Below, piece by piece: positions 20,043 to 28,117 of a DNA stretch of 64,000 nucleotides (its first letter is position 1; every line of letters starts with the position of its first letter). This stretch comes from Candidatus Levyibacteriota bacterium (GTDB taxonomy: Bacteria > Patescibacteriota > Microgenomatia > Levybacterales > UBA12049). Position numbers and translations under genes: made by a program. The stretch lies in contig DAIDHL010000001.1 in assembly GCA_027459745.1 (NCBI GenBank), positions 77,828-141,827 of the forward strand, written 5' to 3'. The notes below the pieces were generated by a model. That model was not told the DNA's origin. It saw nothing but the letters and a program-made list of their open reading frames with translations, and ran no database searches.

Positions 20043-20097
20043 GAGTTTAAATTATACTAAGTTCTAAGATTTATAAATCAAAGTCGTTTTCAGAGCG

Positions 20098-20868
20098 ATG
20101 GTTGTAGTTTTTTTATACTTTGCTCTAGCTTATAAATTTTTTAATAAAATTACTATAAAATTTCGCTTAATTTCTTACCCAACATATATAAAACCGAACT
20201 ATGATAGAAAAATGAAATATTTTTTTGGTTGGACATTGATAACGTTAATTATAATATTTCTGGTTATATTTGCATTAATCTATACAGTTGATAGTAAGGT
20301 ACTCAAAAATAACTTTGCTCCGACGCCTACACATAGTGCATATATAATTTCGCCAACTAAAGTTCCGACCTCTTCCCCTACAGCATCATATATAACTCCA
20401 GTGTCTGCTATCTCAAGCACAGTTTCATATTGTAGACCCATTCAACTACAAGCCACGATTACACTGATTCCAGGAGCAGGTAATATTTACGGAAAATTTA
20501 AGATCAAGAACATATCTAGTACTAGTTGTGCAATCCTGACAACAAAATTTATTCAAGTTGTTTATGATACACAAAAAGTAACCAGTGTTGTGGTTACAGA
20601 TGAGGGAACTAATCCTGCTTCTCCTCTGACTATTGCTGCTGGGCAAACAATTTATTCTCAAGTCCATTATCCTAACGGACCCCAATGCAGCGGTGCTCCG
20701 GTTTTAACTCCGGTTAAGTTCAAGTTGCCTGTTTCGCCTGGTAATTCGATTACTTTTGCCAATACTGAAAATAATAGTACAATTCAGCAAGTTCAGACTT
20801 GTAAGTCTGCCAATGAAGTAACTAACATAGAAATTTGGCATCTTTCTACCCCACCAATCACTTCATAA
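20098..20868 (+). CDS. Membrane-anchored or secreted hypothetical protein with a Pro/Thr/Ser-rich stalk
   Basis: A TM/signal helix (LITLIIIFLVIFALI) followed by a PT-rich segment and a Cys-containing beta-rich domain. The true start is probably the internal Met at about 20209. Confidence 0.5.
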   Translation: MVVVFLYFALAYKFFNKITIKFRLISYPTYIKPNYDRKMKYFFGWTLITLIIIFLVIFALIYTVDSKVLKNNFAPTPTHSAYIISPTKVPTSSPTASYITPVSAISSTVSYCRPIQLQATITLIPGAGNIYGKFKIKNISSTSCAILTTKFIQVVYDTQKVTSVVVTDEGTNPASPLTIAAGQTIYSQVHYPNGPQCSGAPVLTPVKFKLPVSPGNSITFANTENNSTIQQVQTCKSANEVTNIEIWHLSTPPITS

Positions 20869-21176
20869 CAATGTACAGATAAAAGCTTTTTTAACGTCTT
20901 TCAATATATTCATTGCTTCGACATAGGTAAGTAATAACGGTAAGGATAAAAATAATAGCTGAAATGCCAAAAACAAAAATCTATAAAGTTTGTATAAAAC
21001 TTATAAAAATCAATGTAAGGATTTGCATATTACTGTAATTGATTTTAAGTATGTGAAAAATTTTTGATAAAGTTGGTTAGATAAATAAATTTCCCCAAGC
21101 CTCATACTGATGTTTACTTATCTCTTACGAGAACGTTGTAGGAATTTAACGCTTGCTTACCAAAATATAAATAGGC

Positions 21177-21944
21177 ATGAAATTTTCTCTTATATCTTCT
21201 ACAGGTGTTCGTGAAGTGATTATAGTCTTAGGAACAATCATCATTGCGCTTTTATTAAATGTGCTATTACGATCATTCATTAAAGTCCCACCTTTGTTGA
21301 ATCCAAGGAGAAGAAAGATATATGTCACAGTTTTGCGTAATCTTATTACCGTTGTACTAGTATATATAGCTCTACATGTTATTTTTGTCGTGTTGGGTAT
21401 CAATATTACTCCACTTTTGGCATCTGCAGGGATAATCGGTATAGTAGTCGGCATTGGCGCGCAATCATTTGTCAAAGACCTTATTGCTGGATTTTTTTTG
21501 GTGTCTCAATCAAGTGTTACCGTTGGAGACTTTCTACTTATTGCCAAAGGTGTTGAAGGAACGGTAGTAAATATGGGTCTGAAAAATATGACTTTAGTTG
21601 GGCAAGATGGATCGTTAATAATTGTGCCCAATGGTCAGGTAAATATTATTACCAACTTAACGCATGGTAAAGTTAGTAATAGAATCGATGTAACGATTAA
21701 ATTTTTAACTGAAGTCGATAAGATTTTAGATGTTTTCGAAAACACTCTAGATAATTTAAAAACAAATAAAGCTATAAAAGTCTATCCTGAATCAAGAATA
21801 ATTGGTATAAAAAATATTGCGGTTATGGGTATTACTGTCAGTGTACTTCTAGTTACGCCTTATTACCAAAAGGAAAATGTGCAGGCTGCTTTTCACTACG
21901 CACTTCTAAAGGAATTTGAAAAAAAGGAAATAAATTATAGCTAA
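21177..21944 (+). CDS. mscS: Small-conductance mechanosensitive channel (MscS family)
   Basis: Three N-terminal TM helices and the MscS pore/beta domain (GIVVGIGAQSFVKDLIAGFFLV...VTVGDFLLIAKGVEGTVVNMGLKNMTLVGQDGSLIIVPNGQV). Confidence 0.8.
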   Translation: MKFSLISSTGVREVIIVLGTIIIALLLNVLLRSFIKVPPLLNPRRRKIYVTVLRNLITVVLVYIALHVIFVVLGINITPLLASAGIIGIVVGIGAQSFVKDLIAGFFLVSQSSVTVGDFLLIAKGVEGTVVNMGLKNMTLVGQDGSLIIVPNGQVNIITNLTHGKVSNRIDVTIKFLTEVDKILDVFENTLDNLKTNKAIKVYPESRIIGIKNIAVMGITVSVLLVTPYYQKENVQAAFHYALLKEFEKKEINYS

Positions 21945-21970
21945 GCTAAATAAATAGTTGTATATTATAA

Positions 21971-22507
21971 ATGTTAAGTATGCAGCATTTGTTATTTGTT
22001 ATCCATAAACACGAAGCAACTAATCTACACTATGATTTTCGCTTGCAGGTTGGAGATGTCATGCCTTCCTGGGCGATTCCTAAAGGTCCCACACTTGATC
22101 CTACTCTAAAGCGCTTAGCTATGATGACAACAGATCATAGTTTAGATTACCGCAACTTTGAAGGGGTATTACCTGAGGGTTCATATGGCGCAGGTCCGGT
22201 GATAATTTGGGATGAGGGATATTATTTGCCCGAAGTAGAAATAGAAAAGAATAAAAGACAATTAATCGAAGACATGAAGGAAGGAAACCATGTAATGAAA
22301 GCAGGTCTGGAGAAAGGGGAGATTAAATTTCGCCTGTACGGCACAAAACTGCAAGGATCATTTGCATTAATCAAGACAAAAGGTTTTGGTCCTAAAAATG
22401 CTTGGCTATTGATTAAACACAAAGATAAATTTGTCAAAAAAGATTATGACCCTAATGCATATCCCAAGTCAGCACGTAGCGGTAAAACTATACAGCAAAT
22501 TATATAA
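21971..22507 (+). CDS. Stand-alone LigD-type 3'-phosphoesterase (PE) domain protein
   Basis: LigD-PE hallmarks: HKHEATNLHYDFRLQ, PSWAIPKGP, and HSLDYRNFEGVLPEGSYGAGPVIIWDEG. Its 178 aa equal the isolated PE domain. Confidence 0.8.
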   Translation: MLSMQHLLFVIHKHEATNLHYDFRLQVGDVMPSWAIPKGPTLDPTLKRLAMMTTDHSLDYRNFEGVLPEGSYGAGPVIIWDEGYYLPEVEIEKNKRQLIEDMKEGNHVMKAGLEKGEIKFRLYGTKLQGSFALIKTKGFGPKNAWLLIKHKDKFVKKDYDPNAYPKSARSGKTIQQII

Positions 22508-22547
22508 ACAGTTGATCTTTATAAATATCTATGTTATATAAATTCTA

Positions 22548-22958
22548 ATGTTTACAGTAGCTATTTGTTGTTCTAAGCGATTTAAGAAAGAAGAAAGAAA
22601 ATTTTCAGTCAGGTTGCGTAAACTAGGAGTAAATGTTTATGAACCACCTCTACACTCATCAAACATTTGGGACAAATTAGAAGAATCAGATAAACTGGCC
22701 TTTGCAGCAGGTGCGACTTATCGTCACTTCCATAAAATTAGAAAATCTGATGCTGTCTTTGTTTTAAATGTAGATGGATATGCTGGAGTGAGCACAAATA
22801 TGGAAATTGGTTATGCCGCAGCTTTAGATAAAAGAATTTATTTTTTACAAAAAGACGATGATTATCCTCGTATGATTTTAATCGATGGGTATGCCAAAAC
22901 TCCCGAAGAATTAGTTAAACTACTTCAACAAGTGCAAACGCCAGATATATTAGATTAG
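22548..22958 (+). CDS. Hypothetical protein, possibly a nucleoside 2-deoxyribosyltransferase-like Rossmannoid fold
   Basis: VAICCS...AVFVLNVDGYAGVSTNMEIGYAAALDKRIYFL resembles the Nuc_deoxyrib_tr beta-alpha-beta pattern with a catalytic-position Glu. Weak. Confidence 0.35.
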   Translation: MFTVAICCSKRFKKEERKFSVRLRKLGVNVYEPPLHSSNIWDKLEESDKLAFAAGATYRHFHKIRKSDAVFVLNVDGYAGVSTNMEIGYAAALDKRIYFLQKDDDYPRMILIDGYAKTPEELVKLLQQVQTPDILD

Positions 22959-23037
22959 TTGATTTTATTATAACTATTTAAATTCAATATAGAAAAAGCT
23001 TAGTTTGTAACGTATACTTGAATCAATACGTGAACTC

Positions 23038-23271
23038 ATGTATAAAATAATTATGGCAAAGGAAGAGGAAAAAGTCGTTAATGTAACCAAATGGAAATAT
23101 ATCGGCAGCAAAGGAGAGCCTGGGGCTCTTTATGGTTTGGGAGTAATAGGTGTGGCTGTTTATTACCTTCAACATGCGACTACTTTTTGGATGGGTATCT
23201 TGGGAATAGGGAAGGCTATTTTTTGGCCAGCCTTTTTAATGTATCATATTTTTGAAATGTTAAAAATGTAG
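23038..23271 (+). CDS. Small two-TM membrane protein
   Basis: 77 aa with two hydrophobic helices. Confidence 0.4.
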   Translation: MYKIIMAKEEEKVVNVTKWKYIGSKGEPGALYGLGVIGVAVYYLQHATTFWMGILGIGKAIFWPAFLMYHIFEMLKM

Positions 23272-23322
23272 TTTTTTATGATTTTTTAAGTATCCTCTTG
23301 TAATATCTGTTATAATTTAATT

Positions 23323-23871
23323 ATGCATAACTTTTTTTCCGGCTTGATTGGTTTATTTGTTGGTTTAGGCGCTTTTTTTCATGGAAATTCGGTACTTCCA
23401 ATTCAACATACTCAACCTCAAATGTTACGTGAGGCATCAAACTCAGCAAATGTTAATCTCAATCCCTCCGGTTATATGCGTTCTGGAGAATTTGGTAATG
23501 AACATCTAGCTTCTATGTCCGGACAACGTCCATTTTTTGGTAAAGTTACAGAGGTTAATGGTTCTACTATAACAGTCACGTTAGTTGTTCCACAATTTAG
23601 AATGATGCATCCTTTGAATCCTTCTATAACTCTCACTATTACTCCTCCTGTAGCCAAGACAATTAATATCTTACTTGATGATACAACTAGATATAATGGC
23701 GGCACACAATCCGACATAATTGTTAATACAAATATCGCAGGAATTGGAAAACTAAACACTGATGGAAGCATTACAGCAGAAACTGTACAAATCAATCCTA
23801 CTGTACCAACTAGTTTTCCTACTCGCCGCTCTGAAGATCGTTTCCCGGCGGGACCAATGCGTAACCATTAA
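23323..23871 (+). CDS. Hypothetical exported/membrane-anchored protein
   Basis: N-terminal hydrophobic helix. No motif recognised. Confidence 0.5.
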   Translation: MHNFFSGLIGLFVGLGAFFHGNSVLPIQHTQPQMLREASNSANVNLNPSGYMRSGEFGNEHLASMSGQRPFFGKVTEVNGSTITVTLVVPQFRMMHPLNPSITLTITPPVAKTINILLDDTTRYNGGTQSDIIVNTNIAGIGKLNTDGSITAETVQINPTVPTSFPTRRSEDRFPAGPMRNH

Positions 23872-23939
23872 ATATATTTCTTACTATTAATTTACTGATT
23901 CTTGCCTCTGTTTTTATTTTCTTCTCATAAAATATAGTT

Positions 23940-24509
23940 ATGTCAAAAAGAGATTTTATTTTGTTCTTTATCTTAGGGCTTATGATTGGTATGAATTTAT
24001 TCTTTTTTAATCCGTTTGCTCATGCGCAACAGAATTCAATAAACTCAAATAATGGAGTACCTTCTCAGGCTGTAAATTCTTCGAATGTTAGTCCTAGCAC
24101 ATCTAATCAGCCTCAGTTAACTAATATTCCAACCTCTGTAACCAGTCCTTTTAACTTCACATCGTTGCCGACCAATACAGGGGGACCTCAGAATGATATT
24201 TATGAATCAAATCAGTTAACAGTTAACCGCTCTACTGTCCAAGTAGATGACTGGGTTAAAGTGAGCGTAGGCATCAAAAACGTGGCAACATATAATAAGA
24301 CAATTCAAGCATTATGTTTTGAAAGCACAGCTGGTAATTTTGGATGTGACTGGGGAATAAATTTAACTCCTGGTCAAACATATTATGCTAATAATATCGG
24401 TAGCTGGACTACTACTGGTACGCAAAATATATGGGTGACATGGACACAGGATGGGGTTAATTGGTATCAGCCTCTTAATGCACATATCGTCAGTATAAAT
24501 GTTATCTAA
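23940..24509 (+). CDS. Hypothetical secreted protein
   Basis: Signal peptide ending AHA-QQ, an S/N/T-rich segment, and a Trp-rich beta domain. Confidence 0.5.
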   Translation: MSKRDFILFFILGLMIGMNLFFFNPFAHAQQNSINSNNGVPSQAVNSSNVSPSTSNQPQLTNIPTSVTSPFNFTSLPTNTGGPQNDIYESNQLTVNRSTVQVDDWVKVSVGIKNVATYNKTIQALCFESTAGNFGCDWGINLTPGQTYYANNIGSWTTTGTQNIWVTWTQDGVNWYQPLNAHIVSINVI

Positions 24510-24554
24510 TCTTCATATCTTCAGCAAATAAATGGTATTTGTTATAATCCACTT

Positions 24555-25214
24555 ATGAAAAATACAAAGGTTGCTATGATAAATAACTATCTGCAATTTT
24601 ATACCAAAGCAGAAAAACTAAAGACCACGATGCGTCATTCATGGTTAGCTGATTCTAATCGTCAAGAAAGCACAGCCGAACATTCTTGGATGCTGGGTTT
24701 ATTGGCCATAGTTTTAGCAGATGAACTTGAAAGAAAAGTGGATAAATCTAAAGTTATTGAAATGGTTATAGTTCATGATTTGGCAGAAGCTGTTACCGGT
24801 GATATTCCTTCCTTTGAAATTTCCACAAGACAAAATAATAAGCATAAAGCTGAAGAAAAAGCTTTGGCATATATTGTTGCCGACTTACCTAAAAAAACAC
24901 AAAAGAGAATTATAGATTTATGGAATGAGTTTGAAGAGTGCAAAACATTAGAAGCTAGGTTCGCAAATTCTCTCGACAAGGTAGAGGCTTGCATACAACA
25001 TAACCTAGCAGATATTTCTACGTGGGACGATGGTGATTATAACATTGGACCTTATTATAAAAATCATTTTTTTGATTTTGATTCATTTATACGTAGTTTT
25101 AAGGATAAGGTTGATGTGGATACAATGCAAAAAATAGTTGATGCGAAACAAGAGAAACGAGTTTCAATTGATCATCTAGAGAGGTTTAAGCATAAGCAAA
25201 AATTCAAAAAATAA
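24555..25214 (+). CDS. HD-domain phosphohydrolase (YfbR/HDDC2-like 5'-deoxynucleotidase family)
   Basis: H...HD...D metal-binding pattern: STAEHSWM, VIVHDLAEAVTGDIP, and a downstream D. Confidence 0.75.
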   Translation: MKNTKVAMINNYLQFYTKAEKLKTTMRHSWLADSNRQESTAEHSWMLGLLAIVLADELERKVDKSKVIEMVIVHDLAEAVTGDIPSFEISTRQNNKHKAEEKALAYIVADLPKKTQKRIIDLWNEFEECKTLEARFANSLDKVEACIQHNLADISTWDDGDYNIGPYYKNHFFDFDSFIRSFKDKVDVDTMQKIVDAKQEKRVSIDHLERFKHKQKFKK

Positions 25215-25264
25215 ATCTCTATACTACATTCTCAGTAGTACTCCTGAGAATGTTAAGATTTAAA

Positions 25265-25768
25265 TTAAGGTGTAGGTGTTACACTTTGTTTACCCAGTTC
25301 AAAGTGTATACCAACTGGTGCCGGCAAAATATATCGAAAGTCAATGCCCTTTGAGCTAGCCCAGGATTTGAGTGCTGTTCTTTCATTTTTCAAAGATTGT
25401 TTTCTTTGTTGTGCTGTCATATTTTGCAAAGAAAAAAGACTATATTTAGACCTCAATGCATGTAGTTCATTAATGATATTGGACTCTTGAGAGCTGGAAA
25501 TTTTACCTTGACTTACAAGTTTGTCCAGTCTATTTTTTTGCCTTAGCTCCATACTTTGTAATCTTTTTTCTTGTTGTTGTTCAGAGTATGTATTAATAAG
25601 AGTTTGCACATCTGATTCATTTAAATCAAATTTGGTTGCTATAGATTGAGCTAAACTTGGTAATGAATCAGTTGATTGTGCATTAGCAACGACTATGCTG
25701 ACTCCGAATAGTATTCCGCTTGCTACTAATATTGCGACTAATGGACTTAGAAATTTATTTGATTTCAT
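25265..25768 (-). CDS. Secreted coiled-coil protein (CpxP/Spy-like?), hypothetical
   Basis: Signal peptide plus a Q/K/R-rich helical region. Confidence 0.5.
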   Translation of the reverse strand: MKSNKFLSPLVAILVASGILFGVSIVVANAQSTDSLPSLAQSIATKFDLNESDVQTLINTYSEQQQEKRLQSMELRQKNRLDKLVSQGKISSSQESNIINELHALRSKYSLFSLQNMTAQQRKQSLKNERTALKSWASSKGIDFRYILPAPVGIHFELGKQSVTPTP

Positions 25769-25828
25769 TATTCACCTCCTTTTAACTGCCTGATGATAGT
25801 AGAATAACTGATCTTACTGAAAAGTTGC

Positions 25829-25842
25829 TGATAGATCTATCA
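25829..25842. promoter_or_regulatory. Perfect 14-bp palindrome TGATAGATCTATCA in a divergent intergenic region (putative operator)
   Basis: Exact inverted repeat read from the sequence. It lies between the 5' ends of the 25265-25768 (minus) and 25901 (plus) genes. Confidence 0.35.
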
Positions 25843-25900
25843 TTCTTATATCTCTCTTACTTGCCTTTGAATAACATTTTACTCACGAGCGTTATTCTAT

Positions 25901-26152
25901 ATGCAGTTAAAACAAAGAGAGGTGAAAAATATGAATTATAAACCAACAGAACAAAAAGAGAATGATAACTTAGAAAATATTAATTTTGACGAAGAGCAAG
26001 CTCAGAATCATATAACATCTAAAATTTCTGAAAGAGGCTTAAAAGGAGGACAAGCAACAAGGAAAAGAAGAAAGTTTATTGATGATAAACATGTCATAGA
26101 CAGTAATCCTGCGTTTAGGAAAAAAACTAAACATATAAGAAAAGTTACTTAA
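25901..26152 (+). CDS. Small basic, highly charged protein (the true start is likely the ATG at 25931, which has a GAGAGGTGA SD)
   Basis: ORF preceded by a strong SD. K/R/E-rich. Confidence 0.4.
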   Translation: MQLKQREVKNMNYKPTEQKENDNLENINFDEEQAQNHITSKISERGLKGGQATRKRRKFIDDKHVIDSNPAFRKKTKHIRKVT

Positions 26153-26157
26153 ATGAA

Positions 26158-26406
26158 ATGACAGACTTTCTATTTCTACCGTTGGATAGTCAAAGGGTAA
26201 GTCTATTCAGCGGTAGGTTTGTAAAGTATATGACTAAGTATAGTAAAAAATCACAACAAAAAGTAAAAAAAGCGATGCATGAGATGCATAAAGGAGAATT
26301 GGAGAGTGGAAAGTCACATGAAAAAGTTACAAGTCGCAAGCAAGCAATAGCAATCGGCTTGTCCGAGGCACGTAAAGAAGGAGCAAGGTTGCCCAACAAG
26401 CAGTAA
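26158..26406 (+). CDS. Small charged protein, hypothetical
   Basis: 82-aa ORF. The motif KQAIAIGLSEARKEGARLP suggests a conserved small-protein family. Confidence 0.4.
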   Translation: MTDFLFLPLDSQRVSLFSGRFVKYMTKYSKKSQQKVKKAMHEMHKGELESGKSHEKVTSRKQAIAIGLSEARKEGARLPNKQ

Positions 26407-26454
26407 GTTAAATTAGCTAGATTCAATTATATTGAAAGGAGGTGAATAACATAT

Positions 26455-26715
26455 ATGGCTAATAGTAATCGTGGTTTAGCTTCTGCAGATGAGCAAACAA
26501 GAGAAGAAGTTGCTCATGAAGGAGGAGAAGCAAGAAAAGCACAAGGTGCTGATTACTCAGAAATGGGTCACAAAGGTGGAGAAGCTGCTCAAGAGAGTGG
26601 ACATGCTCATAAATTGACTCATGAGGAGCAAAGTGAAGGTGGTTCTCATAGCGGAGGCAACTTCAAAAATAATGACCGCGCATCAGAAGCGGGTAAAGTA
26701 GGAGGTAGCAGATAA
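26455..26715 (+). CDS. KGG-repeat general stress protein (YciG-like)
   Basis: Repeated GG(E/D)A and HKGGEA motifs, a hydrophilic low-complexity composition, and a strong SD AAGGAGGTGA. Confidence 0.6.
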   Translation: MANSNRGLASADEQTREEVAHEGGEARKAQGADYSEMGHKGGEAAQESGHAHKLTHEEQSEGGSHSGGNFKNNDRASEAGKVGGSR

Positions 26716-26794
26716 GCTACAATTTTGAACTTCAGCCTACCGCTAAGTATTAAATTAGTTTACTTGGCGGTAGGAAAGGGATAGAATTAGAAAT

Positions 26795-27061
26795 ATGTCA
26801 GCTAAAGTATGCATCCATCGTAATCAAATCAATAACAGTTTACCTCAGAAAGATATAACAGTTTGCCAAGACTGCATTAAAACCGGAGATAGTTGGGTAT
26901 CGTTACGTCAATGTTTAACATGCGGACATGTAGGATGTTGTGATAGTTCAAAAAATAAACACGCTACCCAACATTTTAAATCCACCAAACATCCAATCAT
27001 GAAGTCAGTAACACCAGGTGAAGAATTTATGTGGTGTTATATAGATGAAGTTTATTTATAG
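26795..27061 (+). CDS. zf-UBP (ubiquitin-hydrolase-type zinc finger) domain protein
   Basis: C/H ligand pattern CQDC...W.SLRQCLTCGHVGCC...HATQHF..TKHP, matching the zf-UBP consensus. Confidence 0.7.
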   Translation: MSAKVCIHRNQINNSLPQKDITVCQDCIKTGDSWVSLRQCLTCGHVGCCDSSKNKHATQHFKSTKHPIMKSVTPGEEFMWCYIDEVYL

Positions 27062-27486
27062 TGTTTTTTAAATTCTAAAAATAATTTTACTTCTTTGATG
27101 ACATTGGGGTCAGTGATATAGTTTAGTGATTCTTGGGGAGTAACCCATTTATATTCTACTTGTTCTGTTTTATTTAGTTTGATTTTACCATCTTTATATT
27201 TTGACCAGAAACTTACTCCCAAATGCTCGATTTTTTCTTGTCCCCGATAAAAATGAAAAGTTGTGAAAGGCGCAATTAATTCAATTTCTATATTTAGTTC
27301 CTCTTTAGTTTCACGTAAGACAGCTTGTTCGCAGGTCTCCCCTTGATCTACTCGACCGGTGATTCCAGCTTCCCATTTGTTGGGAGCATGGTCTCTATTC
27401 GGTCCACGTTTGGTAATAAGAATTTTATCATCTTTTTCAATAAGTACGGCTACAGCGACATTAAAGATTCCTATCTTACTCATCAT
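27052..27486 (-). CDS. NUDIX hydrolase
   Basis: Nudix box GRVDQGETCEQAVLRETKEELNIEIE. Its 3' end overlaps the zf-UBP gene by 10 nt (convergent). Confidence 0.8.
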   Translation of the reverse strand: MMSKIGIFNVAVAVLIEKDDKILITKRGPNRDHAPNKWEAGITGRVDQGETCEQAVLRETKEELNIEIELIAPFTTFHFYRGQEKIEHLGVSFWSKYKDGKIKLNKTEQVEYKWVTPQESLNYITDPNVIKEVKLFLEFKKHYK

Positions 27487-27791
27487 TTATTCTACCACGA
27501 CAATTGAAAACTATGAATACTAAGTCTATACTACTGACATGACAGTACATCCCAAAAAAATTTTAATAAAGCATGGTGGGTAGAATATCTAAAACGAAAA
27601 ACTTAATATTTATATAAATTTTTAATAATAATTTTTAGAAGCTATAAATCTTCTAAGATTGTTTGCCAGATAACTTCCTCGTCAATCCCAATGTATTCAC
27701 GAAGTACTTTATTGTACATGCATATTACTTCAATCCACAGAAGTTTGGAATTCTGTTCTTTAAGCTTTTATGAGGGTTATTGAAATTATTT

Positions 27792-27986
27792 TTATTTTGC
27801 AAATACGAATTTTGATATTTTCTTCATAAACTTAAAATGTCGTTTAAGCTTTTTAGGTAAATGATTGTAAAGAGTAGCTACTATTGCAATAACTACAATA
27901 AAAACAAAAAGAACAATTGATATAACTGTAATTATTGCAATCCCACTCCAACAAAGGAGCTTATCTGAGCAATACAAGATATACAT
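27792..27986 (-). CDS. Small single-TM protein, doubtful
   Basis: 64-aa ORF with one hydrophobic helix. No other support. Confidence 0.25.
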   Translation of the reverse strand: MYILYCSDKLLCWSGIAIITVISIVLFVFIVVIAIVATLYNHLPKKLKRHFKFMKKISKFVFAK

Positions 27987-28117
27987 ATAAATTTAAAATT
28001 TGAGAATTCTGATCTAATTCATCATAGCAGGAATTAATTATTAAATAATAGATCATGGGGTAAATTTTGCAGTCGAGAAATCACTGTATAAAAGTTATTA
28101 CATCAGTCTTTGGCATT

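Noticed and set aside
27640-27735. 25-codon minus-strand ORF (MYNKVLREYIGIDEEVIWQTILEDL) in the 300-nt gap after the NUDIX gene
   Set aside because: It is too short with no SD or recognisable motif. It is possibly a decayed gene fragment but is not supportable as a feature.
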